Below, in pieces: positions 1 through 11,490 of a DNA stretch of 64,000 bases. The stretch is from Deltaproteobacteria bacterium (lineage in GTDB: Bacteria > Desulfobacterota > Desulfobacteria > Desulfobacterales > UBA2156): the NCBI GenBank assembly GCA_019309485.1, contig JAFDGC010000002.1, positions 2,328-66,327 on the forward strand, in the 5' to 3' direction. Each line of letters starts with the position of its first letter. Within the stretch, counting starts at the first letter, position 1. A program made the translations under genes and the position numbers. Below the pieces are notes generated by a model. That model did no database searches. It had not been told where the DNA came from and worked only from the letters and a program-made list of their open reading frames with translations.

Positions 1-625
1 TATCGTGAATATTTACGGCCACTTCATCGAGGAGTACGCCGAATTGGCGGCCGTGGTGGATGCCGTGGACGGTATTACCGGCATCGAGGTCAATATTTCC
101 TGCCCCAACATCAAGGCGGGGGGCGTGGCCTTCGGAGTGCGCCCTGAAAGTGCGCACTCCGTCATCGCGGCGGTCCGGAAGGAAACGGAAAAACCGGTCA
201 TTGCCAAACTTTCCCCCAATGTCACGGATATTACCGAAATTGCCAAGAGCGTGGAAGGCGCCGGTGCCGACGCCGTGTCCCTCATCAACACCCTCACCGG
301 GATGGCCGTGGATATCGAAACCCGAACGCCGAGGCTGGCCAACGTTACCGGCGGCCTTTCGGGGCCGGCCATCAAGCCCGTGGCCCTGCGCATGGTGTGG
401 CAGGTCGCCAACAGCGTGCCGATACCGGTCATCGGGATCGGGGGGATCATGACCGCCACGGACGCCCTGGAGTTTCTCGTGGCCGGCGCTTCCGCGGTAC
501 AGGTAGGAACAGCCAACTTCGTGAATCCCCGGGCCACCATGGATATCCTGGACGGCATTGAAGCGTTCATGATCGAAAAAGGAATTGACCGTATTTCACA
601 GATCATTGGTTCTCTTCAGGTTTGA
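1..625 (+). CDS. pyrD: dihydroorotate dehydrogenase catalytic subunit, 5'-truncated by window edge
   Basis: Frame open to window start; motifs NISCPN, LSGPAIKPVALRMV and IGIGGI are typical of PyrD. Confidence 0.88.
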   Translation, partial: IVNIYGHFIEEYAELAAVVDAVDGITGIEVNISCPNIKAGGVAFGVRPESAHSVIAAVRKETEKPVIAKLSPNVTDITEIAKSVEGAGADAVSLINTLTGMAVDIETRTPRLANVTGGLSGPAIKPVALRMVWQVANSVPIPVIGIGGIMTATDALEFLVAGASAVQVGTANFVNPRATMDILDGIEAFMIEKGIDRISQIIGSLQV

Positions 626-669
626 ACGTATCGGGCGGAACGGATTTCCAATATAAACAAGGAGGAGAT

Positions 670-1233
670 ATGCAACGGCTTTTCACTGTGACGATGGTCT
701 TCTTTTTTCTCACCGCCGGTGTTGCCCGGGGTGTGGAAGTGGGGGGCGTGCACCTGCCGGAAACCCTTTCGGCTGGAAACACGCGGTTGATGTTAAACGG
801 CGCCGGCGTGCGGAAAAAGTTTTTCGTCAAGGTTTATGCTGCGGGACTTTATCTGACGCAAAAGAGCAAAGATGCCGCGACCGTTATCGAAACGGATGCC
901 CCGATGGCGATGCGAATGCACTTCATTTATGACGGTGTTACCCCAAAACAGCTCATGGAAACCTTCAACGACGGATTTACCGCCGCCACAGGAGGGAACA
1001 CCGCGCCGGTGCAGAAAAAAATCGATGCGTTCAACGCCTTTTTTACGAAAGAAGCCAAAAAAGACGATCGATACGATTTCATCTATCTGACGGAATCCGG
1101 AGTGACACTTTTTATCAACGAAGCCCGTGTGGGAAGTATTCCCGGGCTCGATTTCAAGAAACTCCTTTTTTCCGTGTGGCTCGGGGAAAAACCCGCGGAC
1201 GACGGCCTGAAAAAAAGGTTATTGGCGAAATAA
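670..1233 (+). CDS. chalcone-isomerase-like exported protein
   Basis: ATG at 670 follows GGAGGAG; N-terminal signal-like MQRLFTVTMVFFFLTAGVARG; VKVYAAGLYL motif of the CHI-like family. Confidence 0.6.
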   Translation: MQRLFTVTMVFFFLTAGVARGVEVGGVHLPETLSAGNTRLMLNGAGVRKKFFVKVYAAGLYLTQKSKDAATVIETDAPMAMRMHFIYDGVTPKQLMETFNDGFTAATGGNTAPVQKKIDAFNAFFTKEAKKDDRYDFIYLTESGVTLFINEARVGSIPGLDFKKLLFSVWLGEKPADDGLKKRLLAK

Positions 1234-1303
1234 AAAAACTGGGACGAAAGACGCACTGTTTGGGGAATGGGATTTTTCTGCCGCGAAAACCTCGGGAGGC
1301 GCA

Positions 1304-1675
1304 ATGCTCCATCGCATGGCGGCGGATCTAGTCGTTGTCCTCCACCTGATTTTCATTCTTTTTGTCGTGTTGGGCGGCTTCCTTGTCCTTCGGCGGCCGT
1401 GGATGAGTCTGGTGCACCTTCCGTCGGCGGCCTGGGGGGCGCTCATCGAATTTACGGGATGGATCTGTCCGTTGACGCCTTTGGAAAACCGATTTCGACG
1501 CCTTGCAGGGGATCAGGGGTATTCCGGCGGTTTTATCGATCATTATATCACCCCTTTGATATATCCGGATTCCCTTTCCCGGGATACACAAATCCTCCTG
1601 GGTTTTTTCGTGATCCTCGTAAACGCCGTCCTTTACGGTGGAATTTTGCTCCGGCATTCCAAGGGCCGGAAATGA
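1304..1675 (+). CDS. small integral membrane protein (DUF2784-like)
   Basis: 123 aa with several hydrophobic helices; the WICPLTPLEN motif is recalled from DUF2784 proteins. Confidence 0.5.
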   Translation: MLHRMAADLVVVLHLIFILFVVLGGFLVLRRPWMSLVHLPSAAWGALIEFTGWICPLTPLENRFRRLAGDQGYSGGFIDHYITPLIYPDSLSRDTQILLGFFVILVNAVLYGGILLRHSKGRK

Positions 1676-1810
1676 TCCGAACAGCGCTTTTCCGGCAAGG
1701 AAAAACGGGGAATATGGCACCGACAAACATGGCCTTGTGGTTTATCTTTGCAAATCACCGAAGAACAGGGGGGTGAATAACATTCTTTTTTTATGAAACG
1801 GAGGATACCC

Positions 1811-1990
1811 ATGGCCGACAAGAAAATGTCCCGTTACCAGAGCCCATGCGCAAAATACGTCTATCATCCTGAGGCAGGGGGTTATGAGCGGAATATCCCG
1901 CCGGGGACGCCTTTCGAGGATCTTCCGGAGGATTGGTGCTGCCCGGAGTGCGGCGCGGAAAAGGAATACTTCGAGCAACTCGAGGATTAA
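1811..1990 (+). CDS. rubredoxin-like protein with atypical first Cys knuckle
   Basis: GGAGG lies 7 nt upstream of ATG 1811; PPGTPFEDLPEDWCCPECG matches the rubredoxin C-terminal half; the N-terminal CxxCG is replaced by SPCAK. Confidence 0.7.
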   Translation: MADKKMSRYQSPCAKYVYHPEAGGYERNIPPGTPFEDLPEDWCCPECGAEKEYFEQLED

Positions 1991-2176
1991 ACGGCGCCGG
2001 CGTCTCGCGACGGTTCCTTCAAGAATCCTTGAAGAAACGACTGTAAAAAGGCTTTTGTGCGCGTCGTTCACGCCTTTCCGGAAAAAGAGAGACAATGGGT
2101 TGCGGTGCGAATAAAATCCGCCTCTTTACGATCCCATCAAAAGTACGACACCTCAAAACACCGAAAAAGGAAAAAA

Positions 2177-4336
2177 ATGGAAAACCTGCACAAGATTTTT
2201 TCCCCCGAATCGGTGGCGGTGATCGGTGCTTCCGCCACCCCGGGGAAAGTGGGACACGACATCTTCGCCAATATCTTGAGGGGCGGGTTCACGGGGGTTC
2301 TTTATCCGGTGAACCCCAAGTCTCGGTCCATTTTGAGCGTCCGGGCCTATCCCCGGATTACGGATGTCCCGGACCCGGTGGATCTGGCCATCGTGATTCT
2401 CCCCCCGGCCGCGGCCCTTTTCGCCGTCGAAGAGGCTGTGGAAAAGGGTGTCAAAGGGATCGTGATCGTCTCTGCTGGATTCCGGGAGATCGGGGGTGAA
2501 GGGCTTGAAATCGAAAACCGGATTGTTGAAATCTGCCGGAAAAAAAGGGTCCGGGTGGTGGGGCCCAACTGCCTGGGAGTGATCAATCCGCTCTCTGCGG
2601 TGCAGCTCAACGCCAGTTTTTCGGCGCGGATGCCAAAGCCGGGCAACATTTCTTTTATCTCCCAGAGCGGGGCGTTGTGCACCGCGGTGCTCGATTTTGC
2701 CGCGGACCGGGATTTCGGTTTTTCCAAGTTCATCTCCATCGGCAACAAGGCCGACGTGGACGAACTCGATCTACTCCAGTATCTGCACGAGGATCCGGAC
2801 ACGGAAGTGATCATGCTCTATCTTGAAGAATTGCGTCGGGGCCCGGAATTCATCGAGACGGTCCGCGACATCACGTCCGGGGTCCGAAGGACGCCGGTCC
2901 TGGTCATCAAATCCGGAAGGACCGGCGCCGGGGCACAAGCCGCGGCCTCCCATACCGGCGCCCTGGCCGGATCCGAAGCCGTATACGACGCTATTTTTCA
3001 CCAGTCGGGCATCATTCGGGCCGACACCATCGACGAGCTTTTCGATTTTGCCACGGCCTTCACCTACAAGACCCAGAGCGCGCTGGGAAAGTCCTGGCGG
3101 AAGATGCCCACCGGAAACCGGGTGGCCATCGTCACCAACGCCGGCGGACCGGGTATCGTGGCAACGGACATGACGGTTTCCTCCGGGCTCCAGTTGGGGC
3201 GTTTTCGGCCGGAAACCATTGATACGCTCGCCGCGCATCTCCCCAAAACCGCCAACCTGCACAATCCCGTGGATGTCATCGGGGACGCATCCCCCGACCG
3301 GTATGAAAAGGCCCTGGATGCCGTGATCAAAGACGACGGCGTGGACGGAGCCCTGGTGATTCTCACTCCCCAATCCATGACCAATGCCCTGGCCACGGCA
3401 GAGGCCATCGTGCGCATCGCCCGGACCTCCCCCAAACCCATCCTGTGTTGTTTCATGGGAATCGTGGATGTCTCCCCCGGCGTAAAATACCTCCAGGCCC
3501 ACGGTTATCCGGTATTCAAGTTCCCGGAAAACGCCGCCAAGGCCTTTGGGGCGTTGCATCGCCATTTCCAGTGGCTCAACCGCGAAAAGCTGGAGCCGTT
3601 CATTTTTGAACACGACCCAAGCCAGGCAGACCGGATCATCCAAGATGCCCTGGCCCGGGGAAAGACGTATCTCGGCGAATTGGAAGGGAACAGGATTCTT
3701 GCCGCCTACGGGTTCCCGGTGTTGCCCACACAACCGGCGGCGGACCCCGAAGAGGCTGTGGCAGCGGCCCGCGGGATGGGATACCCGGTGGTATTGAAGG
3801 TCGTTTCGGAGCAGATCCCGCACAAAAGCGATGCCGGCGGCGTGGTGGTGGGTCTTGAAACCCCGGAAGCGGTCCGGGAAGCCTTTTCCGGGATCGTTTC
3901 CCGGGCACGGGCGTTCCGGGCGGATGCGGTCATCGACGGAGTGCTGGTACAAAAAATGGCCTTACCCGGCACCGAGGTGATTTTAGGAATGAATCGCTAC
4001 CCGGTTTTCGGCCCCCTTCTCATGTTTGGGTTCGGCGGTATCTTCGTGGAGGTGTTCAAAGACGTTTCTTTCCGGCTGGCCCCCATCGGCCGGGCGTCGG
4101 CCCGGCGCATGGTCCGGCAGATCAAGGGGTATCGGCTCCTGGAAGGTTTTCGGGGAAAACCGAAAGACGATATCGACGCCCTCGAGCACGCCCTGGTTCG
4201 ATTGTCGGATCTGGCGGTCAGGCACCCCGAGATCAGGGAACTCGATATCAATCCCATGCTGGCCCATCCGGAAGGGCAGGGCGCCACGGTGGCCGACTGT
4301 CGCATTATTCTGGAGCCCAACGCCTCTGGTCCTTGA
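2177..4336 (+). CDS. ADP-forming (NDP-forming) acetyl/acyl-CoA synthetase, fused alpha-beta
   Basis: N-terminus PESVAVIGAS...GKVG CoA-binding; succinyl-CoA-synthetase-like flavodoxin domains; C-terminal ATP-grasp (GYPVVLKVVSEQIPHKSDAGGV). Internal ATG at 2177 chosen over ORF start 2057. Confidence 0.85.
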   Translation: MENLHKIFSPESVAVIGASATPGKVGHDIFANILRGGFTGVLYPVNPKSRSILSVRAYPRITDVPDPVDLAIVILPPAAALFAVEEAVEKGVKGIVIVSAGFREIGGEGLEIENRIVEICRKKRVRVVGPNCLGVINPLSAVQLNASFSARMPKPGNISFISQSGALCTAVLDFAADRDFGFSKFISIGNKADVDELDLLQYLHEDPDTEVIMLYLEELRRGPEFIETVRDITSGVRRTPVLVIKSGRTGAGAQAAASHTGALAGSEAVYDAIFHQSGIIRADTIDELFDFATAFTYKTQSALGKSWRKMPTGNRVAIVTNAGGPGIVATDMTVSSGLQLGRFRPETIDTLAAHLPKTANLHNPVDVIGDASPDRYEKALDAVIKDDGVDGALVILTPQSMTNALATAEAIVRIARTSPKPILCCFMGIVDVSPGVKYLQAHGYPVFKFPENAAKAFGALHRHFQWLNREKLEPFIFEHDPSQADRIIQDALARGKTYLGELEGNRILAAYGFPVLPTQPAADPEEAVAAARGMGYPVVLKVVSEQIPHKSDAGGVVVGLETPEAVREAFSGIVSRARAFRADAVIDGVLVQKMALPGTEVILGMNRYPVFGPLLMFGFGGIFVEVFKDVSFRLAPIGRASARRMVRQIKGYRLLEGFRGKPKDDIDALEHALVRLSDLAVRHPEIRELDINPMLAHPEGQGATVADCRIILEPNASGP

Positions 4337-4419
4337 ACGCGTGGAATCAACTCGTTAGAATAAATAAACACCGGTTTTTCAAATTGTGGAAGCGTCGTTC
4401 CGTAAAAGGAGGATGCACC

Positions 4420-4881
4420 ATGGCATTGTATCTGGTCCAGCACGGAAAAAGCCTGCCCAAGGAAACGGATCCGGACCCAGGGCTGTCGGATGCGGGAATC
4501 GCCGAAACACGCCGTATTGCCGAAACGGCCGTCCGATATGGGCTGCCGGTGAAGGAAATCCGCCACAGCGGAAAAACCCGCGCGCGGCAAACTGCGGAAA
4601 TCTTTTCCGAAGCCCTTTCGCCGGAAAAGGGGCTCCAGGAGAGGGAAGGGCTCAAACCCATGGACGATGTCACGGTCCTATCCCCGGAACTGAGCCCGGG
4701 GCAGGATCTCATGCTCGTGGGGCATTTGCCCTTTTTATCCAGACTGGCGGCGTATCTGGTCGCGGGACGCACGGAGCCGCCGGTCCTCCGATTCCAGAAC
4801 AGCGGCATCGTCTGCCTGGACAAAGCGCCGGAAGACCCCTGGTGGGTCATGGTCTGGACCCTGATGCCCCGCATCTCCTGA
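4420..4881 (+). CDS. sixA: histidine phosphatase superfamily protein, SixA-like
   Basis: MALYLVQHGKS...LSDAGI (RHG-type motif); about 153 aa; start at the ATG inside ORF 4333..4881. Confidence 0.62.
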   Translation: MALYLVQHGKSLPKETDPDPGLSDAGIAETRRIAETAVRYGLPVKEIRHSGKTRARQTAEIFSEALSPEKGLQEREGLKPMDDVTVLSPELSPGQDLMLVGHLPFLSRLAAYLVAGRTEPPVLRFQNSGIVCLDKAPEDPWWVMVWTLMPRIS

Positions 4882-4910
4882 TCCGCTTGACGGCAGTGGC
4901 GCCAGCGGAT

Positions 4911-6445
<1,535 letters not shown>

Positions 6446-6449
<4 letters not shown>

Positions 6450-8080
6450 GATTTTTCTCCTTGATAGGGTACGCCGCTTCCGTTCGCCGGCGAAACAGCG
6501 GAAAGCTTGTACTGAAAGCTGTCCTCCAGGGCCTTCCAGCTGGCCTCGATGATGTCTTTGGAGACACCGATGGTGCTCCAGATATGATCCCGGTCTCGGG
6601 AATCGATGAGGACGCGGACCTTCGATGCGGTGCCTTCCCGGCCGTCGATGACGCGCACCTTGAAATCCACCAGGTGCATGCCGTCGATCTCCGGGAAGAA
6701 CGTTTGCAAGGCCTTGCGCAGGGCGTTGTCGAGGGCGCTCACGGGACCGTCTCCCTCCGCGGCGGTGATCTCCTGTTTTCCGCCCACCGAAATCTTGATG
6801 GTGGCGTGTGCGGAACACGGTGCATCCCGGTTTTTTTCGATGGTCACCCGAAACGATTCCAGCTCAAACAACGGTCGGAACTGCTCCGTCAACTTCTGGA
6901 CCAGGATCCGAAAAGAGCCTTCCGCCGCATCGAACTCGTAGCCCTCCTGCTCCATTTCCTTGATCTTTGAGACGATTTTCCGGCTGTCGAATCCATTTCC
7001 CCCCAGATCGATCCCCAGTTCTTTCGCCTTGTATTCGATGTTGCTCTTTCCCGAAAGGTCCGAGACCAATACCCGCCGCTGGTTTCCCACGAGTTGTGGA
7101 TCGATGTGCTCGTAGGCGCGGGGATTTTTGGCCACGGCGCTGACATGGATGCCGCCCTTGTGGGCGAAGGCGCTCCTTCCCACGAAGGGACGGCTGTTGA
7201 GGGGGACGATGTTGGCCATTTCGCTTACGAAGCGGGATAACCGTTTGAGTCGCGTCAGGTTTTCAACGGGAACGCAGGGATAATGCATTTTAAGGGCCAA
7301 GACAGGGATGAGGGAGACCAGATCCGCGTTTCCGCAACGTTCCCCGTATCCGTTGATGGTTCCCTGGACCAAGGTGGCCCCCGCCCGTACCGCCGCAAGC
7401 GCGTTGGCCACGGCTAAACCGCAGTCGTTGTGGGTATGGATGCCCAGGATGAACGTATCTTCTGAAACGATCGGGCATTTTTCCGAAAGGCGGCAGCGCA
7501 CCTCGTGGATCACGGCCTCGATCTCGTGGGGAAGGGTGCCGCCGTTGGTGTCGCACAACACCAGGCGCCTTGCTCCCCCCTCCACGGCGGCAAAGAGCGT
7601 TTCCAGGGCATAATCGGGATTGTCTTTGTATCCGTCGAAAAAATGCTCGGCGTCGTAGATGATCTCCCGGCCGGCTTCCGAAAGATATGCCGTGGTGTCC
7701 CGGATCATGGCCAGGTTTTCCTGGGGGGTGTTTTGCATCACCTCTTTGACATGCAGGGTCCAGCTTTTTCCAAAGACGGCGACCACCGGTGTTCCGCTTT
7801 CCAGGAGCGCCTTTAAATTATCGTCGTCTTCGGGTCCGATTCCCGGCCGCCGCGTGGAACCGAAGGCCGTCAGCTTGGCGTTTTCAAAGCGGATCTCTTT
7901 GGCCATTTCGAAAAATTGCCGGTCCTTGGGGTTGGATCCGGGCCATCCGCCTTCGATGTAATGGATGCCGAATCGATCCAGGCTTTTGGCGATGGCCGCC
8001 TTGTCCGCGGCGGAAAAGTGGATGTTTTCCCCCTGGGTGCCGTCCCGCAGGGTGGTATCGTACAAAAGGATCGGTCTCAT
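6446..8080 (-). CDS. cimA: citramalate synthase / LeuA-family (CimA-type)
   Basis: ILLYDTTLRDGTQGENIHFS, GIHTHNDCGLAVANALAAV; about 540 aa long form with a C-terminal regulatory domain, resembling the Geobacter-type CimA class. Confidence 0.78.
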
Positions 8081-8094
8081 CGGGTGCCTCACTT

Positions 8095-8125
8095 GGAAGC
8101 AGGATGGATGAAACGCCCTGCTTCC
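8095..8125 (-). other. 9-bp stem hairpin in the ilvC-cimA spacer
   Basis: GGAAGCAGG (8095-8103) pairs with CCTGCTTCC (8117-8125), 13-nt loop; no U-run follows on the minus strand. Confidence 0.45.
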
Positions 8126-8142
8126 ATCACGTCATAATCGGT

Positions 8143-9195
8143 TCATCGTTTCCGGTTTTCCGGTCTCAGGGCCCGCACGGCGGCTCCGGTCCTCCACATT
8201 TCGGAATCCCGGATGGCGGCAAGCTCTTTATTGAGTTGTTCCCGGTAGTCGGGACGGGAATTGGCCTCCAGGACCCGTTGGGTCTCTTTTCCGGAAACGA
8301 CGTTTTCATAAAGGGCGTCGAAGAACGGGGCCACGGCGTCCCGGAACCGCGGCGCCCAGTCGAGGGCCCCCCGCTGGGCCGTGGTGCTGCAGTTGCCGTA
8401 CATCCAGTCCATGCCGTTTTCCGCCACCAGGCGGATGAGACTCTGGGTGAGTTCCTCCACGGTCTCGTTGAAGGCCTCGCTGGGGCTGTGTCCGTTCTTT
8501 CGGAGCACGTTGTATTGGGCTTCCATGACGCCGGCGAGACAGCCCATCAACACGCCCCGCTCACCGGTGAGATCGCTGAAGACTTCCTTTTCAAAGGTGG
8601 TGGGGAAAAGGTATCCGGACCCGATGGCGATGCCAAGGGCAAGAGCTCGCGCTTCGGCGTTTCCCGTGTGATCCTGGAAAACCGCGAAGCTGGAGTTGAT
8701 CCCGGATCCGTTTAAAAAATTGGTCCGCACGGTGCGGCCGGAACCCTTGGGCGCCACCAGGATGACGTCGACATTTTCGGGGGGCACCACACCGGTCATG
8801 TCCCGGTAGGTAACGGCGAAGCCATGGGAAAAATAAAGGGCGTTGCCGGGTTCCAGGCAGGGCTTGATTTTGGGCCAAAGGGCCATCTGCCCGGCGTCGG
8901 ATAGGAGATACTGGAGGATGGTTCCTTTTCGGGCCGCCTCTTCAAGGTGAAAAAGGGTCTTCCCCGGGACAAAGCCGTCACTGACCGCCTTATCCCAGGA
9001 AGCGGTTCCTTCCCGTTGTCCCACGATGACCCGGATCCCGTTATCCCGCATGTTCAACGCCTGCCCCGGGCCCTGAACGCCGTAGCCCAGCACCGCCACG
9101 GTTTCGTCTTCCAGGACTTCCCGGGCCTTTTCCATTGAAAACTCTTCTGCGGTGATCACCTCTTCCACGGTGCCGCCAAAATCGATTCTTGCCAT
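8143..9195 (-). CDS. ilvC: ketol-acid reductoisomerase
   Basis: VAVLGYGVQGPGQALNMRDNG Rossmann motif and class I KARI length when started at ATG 9195. Confidence 0.92.
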   Translation of the reverse strand: MARIDFGGTVEEVITAEEFSMEKAREVLEDETVAVLGYGVQGPGQALNMRDNGIRVIVGQREGTASWDKAVSDGFVPGKTLFHLEEAARKGTILQYLLSDAGQMALWPKIKPCLEPGNALYFSHGFAVTYRDMTGVVPPENVDVILVAPKGSGRTVRTNFLNGSGINSSFAVFQDHTGNAEARALALGIAIGSGYLFPTTFEKEVFSDLTGERGVLMGCLAGVMEAQYNVLRKNGHSPSEAFNETVEELTQSLIRLVAENGMDWMYGNCSTTAQRGALDWAPRFRDAVAPFFDALYENVVSGKETQRVLEANSRPDYREQLNKELAAIRDSEMWRTGAAVRALRPENRKR

Positions 9196-9279
9196 GCGAT
9201 TGCTCCTTTTTGTGTTTTCTTCCTTTTTTATCGTTTTTTTGGGCAAAGGCCGCTGATCGCCGGGATTGATCCGGTAAGA

Positions 9280-9798
9280 TCAATCCGGTTCCCGGTACAA
9301 GGCGATGGATCCTGTCCGGGCGATTTTTTTGATCCCCATCGGTTTGAGGAGGCTGATCAGCGCTTCCATTTTTCCCCGATCCCCGGTGGCCTCGATGATG
9401 TAATACTGGGGACCCACGTCCACGATCTTGCACCGGAAAATGTCCGCCAGTCGCAGGATCTCGTCCCGGCTTTCCCGCTTGGCCCGGATGCAGATGAGGG
9501 CCATTTCCCGTTTTACCGCCCGGGGACCCGTCATATCCCGGAGCTTGATCACATTGATGAGCTTCCGTAACTGCTTTTCGATCTGTTCCAGGACCAGGCT
9601 GTTGGCCTGGGTGACGATGGTGATCCGGGACACGGCTGGGTCGATGGTTTCAGCGACGCACAGGCTGTCGATGTTGAACCCCTTCCCGCTGAACAGACCC
9701 ACCACACGGGAAAGGACGCCGGGTTTGTTATCCACCAGCATGGTGAGGATGTGCTTTTCTTCGGTTTCGATCATAGCGATGTTTTCCTTTGCCTGCAT
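9280..9798 (-). CDS. ilvN: acetolactate synthase small (regulatory) subunit
   Basis: ACT domain HILTMLVDNKPGVLSRVVGLFSGKGFNIDSL; ATG abuts the ilvB stop (TAAATG). Confidence 0.9.
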   Translation of the reverse strand: MQAKENIAMIETEEKHILTMLVDNKPGVLSRVVGLFSGKGFNIDSLCVAETIDPAVSRITIVTQANSLVLEQIEKQLRKLINVIKLRDMTGPRAVKREMALICIRAKRESRDEILRLADIFRCKIVDVGPQYYIIEATGDRGKMEALISLLKPMGIKKIARTGSIALYREPD

Positions 9799-11490
9799 TT
9801 AAGCCAGCAGCATTTCGGTGATGGGTGCGCCGGCGGGGACCATGGGATAGACACATTCTTCCTTTTCCACCCGGAAATCCATGATCACCGGGCCGGGGGT
9901 TTCCAACCCTTTTCGCAGCACCGGTTCCACCTCTGAAGGGCGTTCGGCCCGGAGGCCGACGGCGCCGTAAGCTTGGGCCAAAAGGACGAAATCCGGGGCG
10001 CAATTCATGCACGTGGCCGCGTATCGTCTGTCATAGAAAAGCTGTTGCCACTGGCGCACCATACCCAGGTAGCCGTTGTTCAGGATCACCACCTTCACCG
10101 GCAGGCCGTGCTCCACGGCCGTGGCCATTTCCTGGATGTTCATCTGGATACTCCCGTCCCCGGCCACGTCCACCACCGGCTTGCCGGGGAACGCGGCCTG
10201 GGCGCCGATGGCCGCCGGGAGCCCGAAACCCATGGTCCCCAATCCGCCCGAAGAAAGAAAGTGCCCCGGTTTTTCGAAGTGATAGTACTGGGCGGTCCAC
10301 ATCTGATTCTGCCCCACCTCAGTGGTGATCAGCGCCTTGCCGTTGGTGAGCCGATACAGACAATCGATAACGTATTGGGGCTTGATGGACCCTTCGGGGT
10401 TTTGATCGTAAGCCAGCTTGTACGCCCGCCTCCATTCCTCGATCTGCCGGAGCCAGGGGTTGCGTTTGGCTTCAAGGTCCCCCAGGTCCGCTTCATCGAT
10501 CATACGGTTGAGGTGCTGCAGGCTGATCCGGCAATCGCCGACCACGGGGACCGCCACGGTGACATTTTTCCGGATACTCGTGGGGTCGATATCAATGTGC
10601 ACGATTTTGGCCTGGGCCGCGAAACAATCCGTCTTGCCGGTGACCCGGTCGTCGAAGCGGACGCCGATGCCGATCAGGACGTCACAAGCCGCCGTGGCCA
10701 TGTTGGCCCGGTAAGTGCCGTGCATTCCGATCATCCCCAGGCTCAACGGATCGTTGCCGGGAAAGGCCCCCAGTCCCATGAGAGACATGGTTACGGGGAT
10801 CCGGATCTTTCGGGCGAAGGTCGTCAGTTCCGCCGAGGCTTTGGAAAGGATCACCCCCCCGCCGGCGAAGATCATGGGCCGGTGGGCCTCTTTGACCAGC
10901 TTCATCACCTTTTTGAGCTGTTTCGTATTTGGCTCATACGTGGGGCTGTAAGAATTGATGGACACCTTCTCGATGGGCTTGTAGTCCGTCTTTGCAACGG
11001 AGACGTTTTTGGGGATGTCCACCAGGACCGGCCCGGGTCTCCCGGACCGGGCGATGTAAAAGGCTTCCTTGAGAATCCGGGCCAAGTCTTCCACGCGGGT
11101 GACGAGATAATTATGCTTGGTGCAGGGGCGGGTGATCCCCACAATGTCGACTTCCTGGAAGGCATCATTTCCGATCAGATGGGTGGGGACCTGTCCGGTC
11201 AACACCACCAGCGGAATGGAATCCATGTAGGCGGTGGCCACACCCGTGACCGTGTTGGTGGCTCCGGGCCCGGAGGTGACAAGACAAACCCCCGTCTTTC
11301 CCGAGGCCCGTGCATAGCCGTCAGCGGCATGAACGGCGCCCTGTTCATGGCGGACCAGGATATGCCGGATGTCGGTCTTGGCCAGTTCGTCGTAGATATC
11401 GATGACCGTTCCTCCGGGGAACCCGAAGATCGTATCGACCCTTTCTTCCTGGAGCACTTTCATGAGAATCTGTGCACCGTTGAGTTTCAT
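9799..11490 (-). CDS. ilvB: acetolactate synthase large subunit (ThDP-dependent)
   Basis: [27 protein letters not shown]; ThDP motif [14 protein letters not shown]...NNGYLGMV; start overlaps the ilvD stop (ATGA). Confidence 0.93.
   Translation of the reverse strand: MKLNGAQILMKVLQEERVDTIFGFPGGTVIDIYDELAKTDIRHILVRHEQGAVHAADGYARASGKTGVCLVTSGPGATNTVTGVATAYMDSIPLVVLTGQVPTHLIGNDAFQEVDIVGITRPCTKHNYLVTRVEDLARILKEAFYIARSGRPGPVLVDIPKNVSVAKTDYKPIEKVSINSYSPTYEPNTKQLKKVMKLVKEAHRPMIFAGGGVILSKASAELTTFARKIRIPVTMSLMGLGAFPGNDPLSLGMIGMHGTYRANMATAACDVLIGIGVRFDDRVTGKTDCFAAQAKIVHIDIDPTSIRKNVTVAVPVVGDCRISLQHLNRMIDEADLGDLEAKRNPWLRQIEEWRRAYKLAYDQNPEGSIKPQYVIDCLYRLTNGKALITTEVGQNQMWTAQYYHFEKPGHFLSSGGLGTMGFGLPAAIGAQAAFPGKPVVDVAGDGSIQMNIQEMATAVEHGLPVKVVILNNGYLGMVRQWQQLFYDRRYAATCMNCAPDFVLLAQAYGAVGLRAERPSEVEPVLRKGLETPGPVIMDFRVEKEECVYPMVPAGAPITEMLLA

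Noticed and set aside
6450-6818. N-terminal extensions of track ORFs: leuA to 6818, ACS to 2057, ACS-2 to 29346, the Mo-enzyme to 56666, RluA to 60333, sixA to 4333.
   Set aside because: The extensions overlap the upstream gene and read as junk. An internal start with an SD coincides with the conserved N-terminus of each family.
9263-9286. Hairpin GGATTGATC-CGGTAA-GATCAATCC spanning the ilvN stop codon.
   Set aside because: It is a real 9-bp inverted repeat, but it overlaps coding sequence inside a tightly coupled operon and has no U-run. There is no basis for assigning it a function.
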